This document shows positions 13,101-24,959 of a stretch of DNA of 64,000 nt, one piece after another. A program made the translations under genes and the position numbers. Position 1 is the stretch's first letter. Every line of letters starts with the position of its first letter. The notes beneath the pieces are model-generated. The model had not been told where the DNA came from. It did no database searches and saw only the letters and a list, made by a program, of their open reading frames with translations. The DNA lies in the NCBI GenBank assembly GCA_036172245.1, contig JAYWIR010000046.1:1116001-1180000 (forward strand). The letters are read 5' to 3'. The DNA is from Raillietiella orientalis (Eukaryota).

Positions 13101-14399
13101 ACGCGGGCCGTACGAAACGGCGACGGGGAGATCCTGTCTTCCAGCCAGCTGCCTGGCGCACAGGCGGAAGGTGCCGCACCAGCGTTTCTTCCCTTTCTCC
13201 AAGAAGAGGAAGGAACGGTAGTGGCGAATCTCTCGCCTGAGGGTGGGTGTGGCCGAGAGACGACCACCCGTCCAGCAGCGCGCCCCGGAACCTCGTTCCT
13301 GAGAGAGCCGCTCCCGCGTGCGAGACGGGGGCCAGAGTCGTGCGCAGCATCCTGCCGGTCGTCAACGCTCCCAAGGCAACCAGCAAAGGGCGGCTTCCTT
13401 CCAAGAGCACGCGGTAGCGCCTCGGCTAAGCGACCGGAAGCCGCTTCTGGTCGCGACCGGGAAGGCCGGCGCGTGCACCATTCGTTTTCCTCCGGAAACC
13501 CGTCTCACGGGATGCGAGCCCGCCGAGCTCCCGCCCTCCCCGCGGAGCGGAAGGGTCACCAGCTCGGGGAGTCTCTCGCCGTGCCCCATCTGGGTCTGCC
13601 GCATCCCCGATCGAAGCGTCCCTTCCGTCTCGTCTTCCCGCATCCTTCCCGTTCGCTCCTACGCTTTGCGGCCCGGCTCTCTTCTCCGGGTGATTCGAGC
13701 CCCTTTCCCGCCGCCACGCGTCGCTGCAGCATTTCCGCACAGCAGGATCGCCGGACGGGCAATTCGACGTTCCCGTCCCGGATTCCATCACAACGGCTGC
13801 TTGCGCGCCCTCGCGCTTGCGACCTTGAGAAGCGACCGCTCTTTCTTCCCGTCGGCATCCCCTTCCCACGCACATTTCCGGAGAATTCCCTGTTTCATCT
13901 TCCCGATCGGCCTCCGAAATCGTATGAAGGGGATCCGCACGAAGATGCGTGTGCGCTACGGCCGCAGATGTCGCGACTTCCCTTTGAGCTCTTCCCGGAT
14001 GCCGTCTCTCCTGCTGAAGGACCCGAGATCCTTGGCAAGACAGAGACTCCCTCGCCTTCGGTTCCCCCTTCCAGGTGAGTGCAGGACGGCGCAGATAGCC
14101 CTTCTTCATCCCAGGGGAACGCCTTCCACTGTCGCAGCGTGCGCCGTGCTTCCGACACCTTCGCCCCTTCCGACAAGAGCAGGTCACCCTCGTCGATCGG
14201 TGGCATCAGCACGAAAGGGCTCCGCTCTGACCCAGGGGAGGCGTAAGAAGTGCCGCTCACCTTCCGGCCCGCATGCAATCGAGACGATGCTGTGATTCCT
14301 CCTCCAACCTTCTTCCTTCGAGAGCGCCGTGCTCCGGAGCTCCCTCGACTCGACCCAGCGGAATGAGAAGGGGCCTCATCCCTGACAAATGGGAAGCGG

Positions 14400-15550
14400 T
14401 GGGCGCTCAGTGGATTTCCTTCACTGCGACGCACAGGTCGCAGTCAAGCAAGAAGCCGGGACGAAGCTCCACGCGCTTCCGCGTGGGAGCAGTTGGATTT
14501 GGATTTCGGCAGGACCGTTCAGCTGATCCGAGAAGACGGTGACGATGTCCGCCAAGAAGGTCATCGCTCAGACAGCCTGCTCGTCTTCGTTTTGAAGAAA
14601 TGCAGTTGCCACCGCAACCACTGGCATTTGCGTTGCACGCAGTGGCATCTCCAAGGGAACACCGAGCTCAGAGTGAGAAACTGCGTTTGGAGCTTCCTAC
14701 GTGGCCGACGGAATTCCTGCAGCAGCACTAATGCAGTACCTGGACGCCGGGAACGAGCTGGTGAAATGGGCTCCCTCGTCCACTGAGATGGTGACCGCCG
14801 ACATGCTTGCGCAATCCGTGCAGCCTTCCGCAAACGAGCCGCAGCTGGACGGACTCTCCCTTCAGCGAGGAAGTCTTCCCTCCCAACTTTGCCTTGTGCG
14901 GTGCTCACCAGGCAGGAATCCACTGACCTTCGCTTGCGTCTGGGGAGAAAAAAAAACATTTCCACGTGAGGAACAGGGGAGCGCAGCAGGAGCGCTTGAC
15001 AACGAGACAATGGGATCATTGATTCCCAGAGTATCGATCCTGCCTCCCGGGACAGACTCCTCGATGTCGTCTTCCTCCATTCAAATTCCAGCTGATGAAA
15101 AAACTTTCTGGGACACGTTGACTGAATGCTTCAATTACGGCAGGCGACATCTCCTGTTATGATGCTAATTGCTCGCTGCTTCTCTTCCGCAACCCCTCCG
15201 TGCACGAGGGAACCTTCCATGTCCGATAATCGGGTCGCTGATTCCCCGACGTTGAGGAATCCTGGAGCGCTGGCTCTGCACCATGGTGAGCGAGCAGCCA
15301 CCAGCTGCTTGCTGCTCGCTTAGCCAACGCCTCTGCTTGCTAGAGCGGGCGCTTCGACTCTGCAGCGTCTCCAGGGATTCGAAGCACCGTTGGTCGATGG
15401 AGTGCCCTTTTTCTCCTGCGCCGACCAGATTCCAACGAACCGAGCACGTCTTCATCGTCCCCGCGTACGCCTGGCGCAAGAGCGTTTCGCCAGGTCGCCC
15501 AAAGGAGTTCCAGGATTCGGGCGGCCCAGTAATTTTGTCCATTCCGATGA
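14400..15550 (-). mobile_element. Decayed LINE reverse transcriptase fragment
   Basis: Minus strand: NDPIVSLSS ~ NYRPISLLS; SGFLPGE ~ Q.GF.PGR; ISVDEGAHFTS...AGIP ~ ISLD..KAFDS...GIP; RRRAGCLS (about 14580) ~ RGVRQGCPLS. The D-to-QG spacing of about 67 codons is as expected. Confidence 0.55.
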
Positions 15551-15759
15551 GGGACGAGAGCGAACCAGGTCACCACGAGAATCCGAAGGGGACACCGTTA
15601 AGTGTCCATCCTTTGGGCGGTTAGTGAACTTGCAACCTGTGGTGAGACAGGAAGTTCCACCGTGCTCCAGTCAACAGGAACCCTGCCAGTTTGCCGGTAC
15701 GCAGACCGACGAGGCTCATCTCGGCAGCGCAGGGAAGGGGAAGCAACAAAAAAAAGGCA

Positions 15760-18700
15760 TAAAAGAAGAAATAAATAAATAAAAACACTCTGGAGGGCCG
15801 GGAAGAGATCACCGTCCGCTACAGGGAGTCTTCAGCATCCTCCCCAGGGTGCCCGCAAGTTCCATCTGCATGGTGCCCAGGTGAAGACATCTGGCTGCTA
15901 TCCTTAGCAAGCGAAATGCCAGCTGCATAGCCTCTTTTCGTCTGGTCCTCTGCCGGCTCCGCTCCAGGCCGCCACAATCTCGCGGATGCAGCAAAGAGGC
16001 TGTGGCCGGCGGTAAGACATCCCGCACAAAAGGGAGTCGAACGAAGTCCCTGGGGTTGCCAACCGGAGTCGGCAAGGTCGTTCCAACACGTTGCCACAGG
16101 GGACGGAGGGCAACAACGCTTACAAGCAGGTGCGGAAGGGTCTCTCGTTCCCCGTACCTGCAGCGGTCCAAGTTCACACTCCCCAGCTTTGCTCACGGGC
16201 AACATCAAAGCCTGGGAAGTCATCTGAGGCGTGATTACTGCTAGTTGGAATTCCCCAGTGTCCGGTGATGGGCGCGAGCGTGGCAGCGAAAACCAGAAGC
16301 ACCGACTTCCGCCACTTCAGGTGGAGGGTGCTGTCGTCCATGAACACTGCAGGCACTTCGGCTCTTCGTTAGGAACGTCGAGCAGCTCGTTCCAACGTTC
16401 AAGTCCTCGTGGAAGGGCATTAGGAATCGTAGCATTTGCCAACGGCTCCATGGTCCAACCACTTTATCTCCGTCCTTCTGCCTGAGATCTCGCAGGATAC
16501 TTTTCACCACTTTCCACCTTTCCACCCTACTTCCGACCACCACCAATTGCATTCCTCAGGGAGTGCCCTCCCTTGCAGCAAGGGTTGAGCTCCGCCCACT
16601 GGCTCATGCTGGAACTCTCCAGAATCTTCCGCAGAGAGCAGCGAGTGCGGCAGCCCAGACGCAGGCAGGCAGTTCTACTTCTCCGAGCTCATTCTTCGGC
16701 GTTGCGATACGCCGGGTGCAGCGTCCCCAGCAGTGCGCCCTTCGCATGGCCTTGTAGACGAGCGGATTGTGACTTCTCCTGAATGGGGCTACGCCTGCAC
16801 GGCATCCAGCACGGCTGCGGCTCTGACGGCGCTGACCTTTCCGTCTCCCGGTTTGGGTTTCCACAAGTGCGCTGGCGAAGCAGTGACCTGCCGGTATTTC
16901 GATGGTCAGGTGGTGCGGTTGTGAAAAATTCCGGAAAAGTGCAACCTGGACGCCGGTTCGCCGGCGTCAAACGGCGAACGGCAGTCTCTTTGCTTCACTC
17001 GATCACGGAAAGTCGCCCCTCCCATCCCCGTTTTCGCAGCTTGGAAGTGGCAGTCCTCGCCGCCTCCTTGGCTTTCTTGCTCCGAGGACAGATGGCGATT
17101 TCTGCGATTCGATGGCACAATGCATTCTGTGCCCAGCCTGGGGTCCTTCTTCGGCGTCCGCAGAGAGTGCTCAGGACTCGAAGATCGAAATCCGATCTCC
17201 TGGAAAGGACGTCAGGCGGTCGCCGCTTTGAAGTGCACCGGGAACGCTCAGCCATCCTCCTCGGTTGCGCGTTCCGCTCGCGGCTGGGATGTGCACGGCG
17301 CACCAGTCCCGAGGTGGTCGCTCACCAAAGACGCGTCTCGCCGCACAACACTGGATTCTGCTGCACCAGGGGAGCAAGAAACAGGCATTCCTTGCAGCTT
17401 GACGCGGTCGTTGCTCGTGGCAACGTGCTCGAGGTGACGAGCTGATGCCTGCACGAAAGATGCACCGATCCAGCTGGACGGAAAGCAGGAGACGGTTCTG
17501 GGACGCGTGTAAAGGAGCTTTGTCCTCATGGAAGGCATCGCACCGGGACCACCGAAACCATCGGGAGCGGAACCCCTTTCTCGAGCTGGAAGCATTTCCA
17601 GGAACGCGCGGAGAGAACCGATGAATCCCGCCCTTAGTCTGCTGGTACGCGACCTGCAGAAGCGATCTACGAACCGGAAGCCTGCGGTGACCCAGCACAG
17701 ACTCTTCTCGCTACTCGAAGCGAAGGCGGCTGCTGCTGATGCTCTGAACTCGTTGAATCCTCTCGACAGAGCGATCCAATCCTCACGAGCGCGCGCGCGC
17801 TGAGCACATGAGGAAACTTTCCCGTGAAGATCCACCAGGAACAAAGTCGGAGGTAGGGACCGCGATCTGCACCAGCGAGAACCGGGCGGCGGAACATCAG
17901 TTTACAGTGGTTCAAGAGGAAGGAGGGGTTCTTCCCACACAGGTCAGCCCTCGTTCGAACGCCGGGTTCAGCCCACCACGCGAGTCCTTTGCATCGGGAA
18001 AGGTGGACTGCAGAAGGGCTTCAGGAAAGCTGCACTGGACAAGTGAGCCGATGAGAGACTGCAGTCACCACTCCGTGCATCTGCTCCCGTCAAGGAGCTC
18101 CGATTCGGATGGCACTCGCCAGTCCGCTTCGACGCTGCAGCGGAACCTTGCTCGACGACGAACGCTTCCGCAACCTCGCAGACATTCGAGCAGCTATTGG
18201 CCGGCTGCTCCGGGCTTAAAAGACCGTTTTCAAGAGATATGCTTTCAAGAGACTGAAATTCCGAAGACCTCGCCTCCGCCGGGCGTGTAACCCGAGAGGA
18301 CTATTGATGTCTTAGCACTCTTCTGGGAAGCTGCATCCGTCAGAGACAGACACTTGAGTTTCCCCTGAGTTCGTGGATTCTTCCTGGTTTCAAACTGCTG
18401 CGTGCACGGTGCACGGAGCCCGAGGCAGCTCGTGCACGCAGAAAAAATGAAAGGTGGAACAGAAACAGGCGTTTTCGCATTCGTCATCAGGCGGTCCATG
18501 TCATCCTCGTCTCCGTCGGAGTGAGTCCGTTTCGGCGCCTTCGACGCCTTTTTTCATGCGTAAAATTGTCATTTTGTTCCGGTGAAGCTGACGTCATCTA
18601 CCAGCGGATTTCCTCCTCCTCTGCTTGCGTGGCTTTGCACTGCGTGAACCGACCTTGGCGCTGCCTGCTCGAAGAGGGAAAACGCCCGTTCTTTCGATGC

Positions 18701-19750
18701 AACGATGGACGTGCTTCGTCCATCGTTGCAGCGTATGATTCCGCTTCGAGTGCAGCCAAAAGTGCTAATGCAGGAAAGAAAACCCCAAGCGGCGTCAGCA
18801 GCAACCACAGCAAAAAAACAAAAAACAAATGTGGTACTTTCCAAGGTGCTTTTTCGACGAGATGCAATCGAAGAGTCCTTCTCGCCAACATCGCCTCGAG
18901 CTGCCAGTTTTCGTCTTCCATTTGAGGATCGGTCAAATTCCTTCCTCCCTTCTCTTTGAAGCCGGGAGCTGCTCGGGTGAATCCGAGAAGTCCGTGCGCG
19001 CGCTCCTCTCCGGAAGGAAACTCCGTCCTGCCAACAACGACCGTCTCGTGTTCAAACATCCCGAAGAGATCCGAATCCCTCGTGATGGCACCTTGCGGTT
19101 GTTAGCAAACGGCTCGTCCGATCGCTCGCTGCGGGGAACCGATGGCTGCTTCCTTTCACTCGCTGCAGGATGCAGGGTAGGCTGGACCCGGAGCAGGAGA
19201 AAAGAGCACGGGTCCTGAATGAGTGTGACGGTATGATAAGTTGTTGGTTTCCTGATGAGGACTGGCCAAGGCACTCCGGCACTCTCGGTTTTCGGGGCAT
19301 GATCTCACGTTACCACCACTCTCGAGGATGCTGAGGTCCCTGATCCCAACGAAATCTTCGCTGGTCCACAGCAGAACACGGAAGAAGCCGCAGTTGGATC
19401 CGGATGGCCCCTGCACTGCTCCGACAGCATTCTTCGGCAGGGAGCACCCTGGGAGCAAAGTGACGAAAGGAACAAACGGCGAGGAAGCAAAGGAACTGCA
19501 TTGAAAGTGTCCATCAGCGTCCCGGACCGCACCCAATGGCTACCGATTTCACGCCTTCCAATGGAAACTTAGCTCCTTTGGAACGAATACGCTGCTCCAA
19601 GGGGAAACTTTAGACAACTTCATCCCAAAAGGAAGATGTAACTGGAGGAACAGCCACACGGATGAGCAGCATTGAGGCCGAAATCTGAGATGAAGAAGGC
19701 TGTCGAGACGTGACACATGTCCCTGGAAGGCGGTTCTTTGTGGGCGTAGA
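15760..19750 (-). mobile_element. Near full-length decayed L1/Tx1-like LINE ORF2 (EN-RT-Cys/His), copy B
   Basis: In order on the minus strand: AVQGPS...FF...FVGIRDLSIL (EN VYGP/GDFN-like); FTHEKRR; LLNHCKL; DFVPGGS (17831-17848, ~GFVPGRS); EKSLCWV (~EKAFDRV); GFRSRWF; LLYT..EP; WEGRLSVI; LWKPKPGDG; HWGIPT; CRYGERETLPHLLVSVVALRPLW (16100-16165). A TTTA-rich tail lies at about 15765-15785. Confidence 0.8.
18698..18730. repeat. Perfect inverted repeat (14-bp arms, 5-nt spacer)
   Basis: tgcaacgatggacg (18698-18711) tgctt cgtccatcgttgca (18717-18730). Confidence 0.92.
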
Positions 19751-19959
19751 GTCCGGCTGGCTCCTTGGAAGGTCGAGGCACAAGGGAAAGCCAGCCTCTC
19801 GAAACGCGCGGTCGGTCATATTCTGGCTGCATCTCACCGTGGTCCATCCTTCCCCAAATCCACAATCTGACCCCCCTCCCCCCCCCATGAACTCCCCCGA
19901 AGGACTGCTGCCCGAAGATTGCGGCTTCTTAGGAAACGGCCGAAGATACGGGCCCCAGA

Positions 19960-22860
19960 CCGAATGGCGAGGAACACATGCGGGCAGCTGACAAAAGCAC
20001 ACGGGAGGAAGTGGACGCTCTTCCTATCCCACGAAACTCTCCTCTCGCTGGTCGTTCTCTCTGATGACGCGTATAGACCGCAGAGGACTCGATTCCTCAG
20101 TTTTCGTTCAGTCTCAGGATGGATGCCTTCGCACGAGCGCTTTGCCCAAGGCATGGGAGCCGCATTGTTCCCGAGGGCGCTCGAAGGATTGAGGGCTTCT
20201 TTCGGACGGGAACTGTCTACCTGGAGACTGGGTCCTCAGCGTTCTCTTCCGAAGAAGTCTTCTCTTAGTCTTTCAGAATCGCGTCTCGGCACGTGCCCGA
20301 GAGAGGTCCCCAAACGCGACGCTACCTTGGGGAAGCCACGCGCGCGCCCGTACACTCCAGATCGTGTACCGGAGTGTCTCGCAGAGCCAAACGCTTCACG
20401 AAAAAGAATAAGCTCTCGTGAGCGTCAGGTCGTTCTTCCCTTCGCGAACCTTCCCCGCACCTTGTTTGGGTGCGGTGTCGGGAGCGCCTCCCGAAGCGCC
20501 GTTCCCTTGCCGTTCCAGCTGCGCCAAACGTGTGCCGAGCAGCGGAACTGGAAGCACCACCTGGAAAGGTTTGAAAGAATTTCGCTTGGATGGAGATGGA
20601 ACCGGAGGGGATAGTCTTCCCTGCAGACCTGAGACGAGGACGGCAGTTGCTGTGGAAACCGGGAAGACTTTCGAACTCCCGTTCTCTTTGCCTTCGGATC
20701 CTCGGTTGCTGCTCACGCGCGCTCCTCCTGCTTGAAGGAACGACGGCTGGAACCGCCATCTTCAGCTACAGCAAACTCGCGGGCACAGTCTCATCGGAAC
20801 TCGGATGGCTCACCGCCGCTCATCAACCATTCCGTGGGGACTGCCGCCAGTGGCAGCCTCAACTTGGACGGGTGGTCGCTTTTCCCCAATCTCAAGCATT
20901 GCTGCCGTGGAGATGACCACCGCGGTGGTCGTGAACCACCGTCCGACCCGAATCCATCCGGCGGAATCGTCACGTCCTCCGGGTCAGGTCGCCCGGGCGA
21001 CCTTGCGAATCGGAGAGTGGCGGATCGCAAAGCGGGAGGGAGTGACGGGAGCGTTACACTTGTGCGAGGTCCGGGAAGAAATATGGCAAAGACCCCTATT
21101 CAGGAAGGAACCGGGGACGTCCCCACGGGAAAGTTCACGGGTTTCGCCGTTCCGCGGATGCGTCCATGAGAGGCACGTCTGATCCGGGCACATCTTGGAA
21201 ACCGAAGCGTCTCTGCTGTCGCCAAGGACGACGCGCTGGTGCGTCAGCCGCCTTCCTCCCTCCTCATCGATGATGCCGGAGCTCCGTTCCCACTGTTGGC
21301 ACCGAGAGAAAAGCTGCGGCAGCAGCCGCTCCCGGAACCCTCAACGCATACGCAGGATACGCGGTTTTCAGCTTCCGCCCCGGAAGGATCGTTCCTTGCA
21401 TTCGAGGGAATCCAGAATACAGACGTCGGGGGAAGCCAGAAGGCCTTCTTGCCCCCGCTGGCGCAAGCGCCCCGCCTTCCAGCCTGTCGACTGTTCCCCT
21501 CGCCTACCACATGAGCGCTCCTGACCTCCCTCAAGCAAAAGCGATCGGGAACGCGGCTACACCTTCTACCCTTTCCGGGTGTCCGTCGTCATCGGGATCC
21601 GGACGACTCTCGGCGCACCCTCCTGCGCCTCGAGCGGGTACCCCACGGACGGCGCGCCAAGGTTCTCCAGTCAGCCACGCATCGGAGAGCGGCGCACCCG
21701 AAGGAGGGATCCTCGATCCTTGTTCCGTCTGCTAGGAGAGCGGGAAGCCGCGTCGCTCCCGGGGAGCTGTCCCTCATCTCTCTGCACCAAGTCGCCAGCC
21801 GCACGAAGGCTCGGCCAACATTGCGTCTTGCTTTCCGAGCGCATTCGGGCGCCTCCCCCGCGAGCGCCCTCTCCGGAAGCAGGAAGACCGAGGTGTGTCG
21901 GACATCATCGGCGGCCGCTCCTGGTTCCCGGAATCCACCTCACCGCGCCCGTTCGGGCGCGCCTCGCTGCATGCCCCGGGCGATTCGAGACGCCGATCTC
22001 GGCGCGCGCCTCCGCGTTACCGGGATCCCGCGTTCCCGAAAGGTGCTCCCGGCTCCCTGGGCAGCGGGAGGCCGGTGAATTGCAATCGGGTTATCCGATT
22101 TCTTCGCCAATCAAGAAAAGGGTTCCGGGCATTCCGGAGGCGCGTTCCCTGGACACCGTAACCGGGTTAGCTGCCGTGGACCAGCGTTCCTCTAATGCAA
22201 TCAAACCGCTCTTCAAGGCCGGGAAATCGGAGCAGGGCACGCCAGCCGGGAAGATCGCTGGCCACTGCCGCCTCTTCCTCCTTCCTCCTCCTTCCCTCAC
22301 CGATTCGCGTTCCCGGTGCGCGCTCGCGATCATCCGGCACTGGATCGCAGGGGAACGACTTGGGACGGCACTCCTGTCGGGGCAAGTGAAGGTTACGGGT
22401 GGTAGGCGCGATTGAGGCGACGCGCCTGCCACCTAACGCAGACGACAGCTTCTTCAAGTGGAATCAGGGATTTGCAAACGCTCTCTCATCTTTCCCGACC
22501 TCCAAGGCGATCTCGAAGACGGGAAAGACGATCGGCGTTGCATCGCGAGTAGACGTATGGGATGGAGGGCGGCAACCCTGGAATCACTGAGAATCTCTCG
22601 ACAGTGAGCACTCGCTGTCGCGCTCTCCTGTCGTTGGACCCTCCGCTAATCCGGGAATGGACGCCGCCTCCCCTTCTTTGCAGCTTTTCTGCGCGTTGGT
22701 CACAACAGTCGCTCCCGGCACCACTCGCTATCATCCCGACGGGACTCCCGCAGCCTGCTCGGTCCGAACGTAGACCGTGGACCCCTTGCAGTAGCCTCCG
22801 CATGCGGATATCGGCGCGCTCGAGGCAACACACGTTCGACGGCGTGGTGATCTTTCCCTA
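19960..22860 (+). mobile_element. Near full-length decayed CR1/L2-like LINE ORF2
   Basis: RNTCGQLTK...VVLSD...SGW...GMGAALF (EN N-terminus N..GL..K/LSE/GY/GGVAI); IVYRS; PSDPRL (~SDH); GIPEARSL (~GVPQGS.L); IAGHC at 22254-22268 (~FADDC); IIRHW; IRDL (~RDLG). Confidence 0.7.
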
Positions 22861-22906
22861 AATGGGGAAAGATTAGGACAGATCTTTCTTGGGACAGATC
22901 TTTCCT

Positions 22907-22939
22907 CAGCGAGGGCGGGTCGAGGACCCGCCCTCGCTG
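22907..22939. repeat. Perfect inverted repeat (15-bp arms, 3-nt spacer), next to a 13-bp direct duplication
   Basis: cagcgagggcgggtc (22907-22921) gag gacccgccctcgctg (22925-22939). ggacagatctttc occurs twice just upstream (22876 and 22892). Confidence 0.92.
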
Positions 22940-23449
22940 CCGGCGGCCAGGACCGTTTGCGCAGCCTCCTCCTCGTAGCAGCACAGGAACGTGATCGAAC
23001 GCTGAAACTCCCGCGTCCAATTCGGCGGCGCTCCGCGACGGTGGCGGAGGGCGACGCCGGAGAGTCCCCCTCGAGATGAAGCGGATCGCAGCTGGTGAGC
23101 CGCCGTCCACTCCAGGGGAAGGGCGCGCGCCGAAATGGCAGCCCAGTCCGCACCCGCGTGGACGAGGCTGCCATTGCGGCGCGTCCGCGCTGTCGATCTC
23201 CGATGGCGGCGCTCGCGGACAGCACCCGGGGCCCGTGGCGCTGCCGTTGCGCGCGCGTTCGGACGGATGAGAGAGACGTACGTCCGCAGGCAGATGATTC
23301 CTAAAGGATGTCGGAACGTTCCGGGGGAAGCCACAGCCCAATCACTTTCGCTGCAAGAGCGACCCGCGCACGACGAATGGGCAGTCGAGCCTCCCAGTTC
23401 CGGCGGACTCGTTACTCGCCTGGGATGCTGGGATGCGATCCTCGGAAGG

Positions 23450-24500
23450 AGGTAGTGGCTGGGCGGAGTGCTTCCGGCAGATTCATTACGAAAGTCCAAC
23501 TCCGTACGAGAAGCTGCAGAAACCACGTTCTGCAGCGACGATGGTCGGGATGCTTCCGTCTTCCGCACGCAGAGCGGGCGACGCGCGTGGCCCGTTCGCG
23601 TCCGGCTTCTTTCATTCCTGGTGACGGGAATGCGGAAGTTTCGGGAACTTCACAAGGAGCGTGCCCTCGCGAAGAGAGGCAGGCCACCGACGTCCAAGCA
23701 AGTGAAATCCAAGATCCGTTCCGGGCAGCGGAGCATCAGGGAACACGAGCTTTCGCGAAAAGATCCTTCACCCGGGCGTTCTGCGGAGCCCCTCGGGAAT
23801 CCCTGCTTCCCGTGGAGGACGCAAACGGCCGTCATTCCTTGAAGAAAGGAACAACTCGAGTGAAGTCCGAATGCCTGGATGCATCCTTCTCCGCGTGAAG
23901 GATTGCGCTTTTTATTTTTTGTTAGCGAGGAGAGTCCGGGCGAACTCGCTCGCTCGCTCGATCTCCCTTTGAAGATGGATGACAACTGCCTGGAGAGAAG
24001 GAGCCCTGAAGTGCAGTCAGGTCATCGCGACGTCCCTTAGAGCGCGAACGATGATAAACTTGCAGTGGGGCTCTCCATTCGGGGTTCCCAGAAGCACGCC
24101 AAACTTGCATGAGGCCAGGTCGCACGGTTTTCGGTTTGCGCCCACGTCCAGCGCGGTTGACTCCGCTTTTTCGCTGACCTTCGGCACTGCTGGCACGAAG
24201 CATGACGGAATCTTGTCAGGATCATCCCGTTCGTACGCGCCGCAATCTCTCCCACTCGGGCCACATTCATTCAGACTCCGGGACCGTCCCACGGACTGGT
24301 CTTGACCTGGAAGTGCACTTTACGAGCGAGGTCAGCAGCTTCTTATCTTTCGTTTCGTTCTCCTGCTGGATTCTCTCACCCCCTCCGGAGCCCAGCGCGT
24401 CCAGACTCGGGCCGCACCATGACGCGGTGAGGACGCAGACTCCGCGAAAATCGTCTCCATCCCGGCCATCGAGGCGACAGGAACATCTTTTCAGCACGAG
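23450..24500 (-). mobile_element. Decayed LINE reverse transcriptase fragment
   Basis: KIPSCFVPAV...NRKPCDLASCK ~ IP..W..A...NYRPI.L.SC.K; LQGSFSPG ~ Q.GF.PG. gatgcatccaggcattcgg (minus strand, 23865-23885) reads DASKAF if one deleted base is restored. Confidence 0.6.
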
Positions 24501-24959
24501 GCACGGAAATCGATTCGTGCGGAAGAAGCGGAAACCCTCGTCCGTTCCATTCCTTTGCCACGCTCGCTTCCAACGCTCTCGATTCGCTCCACGCACGCCG
24601 CCTACGCCGCTTCCGAGCACCGGAAACTGTCGAAGAAAACCAAGCGAGCGCGTTCCGTGCGTTTGCTCTCGAACTCGCGAAGGGTCATCTCCCGGTGCAA
24701 GCGTGCAAACCAGCCTAGGCCATCTCGTCGCGGCGCGCCTCATTCGTTCCCACACGCTTTTTCCTCGCGGTCGTCAGCCACTCCCGAATAGGAGCGCTGC
24801 ATTGGCATCTACCTTGGAGCTTTGGCAGAGCGGAGCGCCTACCCGGGGCCACACTGTGCGATGAAAGTGCACACCCCCGCAAACAAACATCCCCTTCCCA
24901 ACTGAGCGATCCCTTCTGCGTGAATGGGGAAAGGAAGGCACAAAGCGCAGAGAGCGCAG

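Noticed and set aside
14660..14865. Copia-type RNase H on the plus strand (SEKLRLEL...LMQYLDAGNELVKW...ADMLAQ)
   Set aside because: It needs an insertion and frameshift and has no neighbouring copia domains. The opposite strand gives four correctly spaced LINE RT motifs.
16380..16552. MADF domain or hAT transposase motif (RWKVVKSILRDL...WQMLRFLMPF)
   Set aside because: It lies within L1/Tx1 copy B and aligns with copy A, so it is part of the ORF2 C-terminal region.
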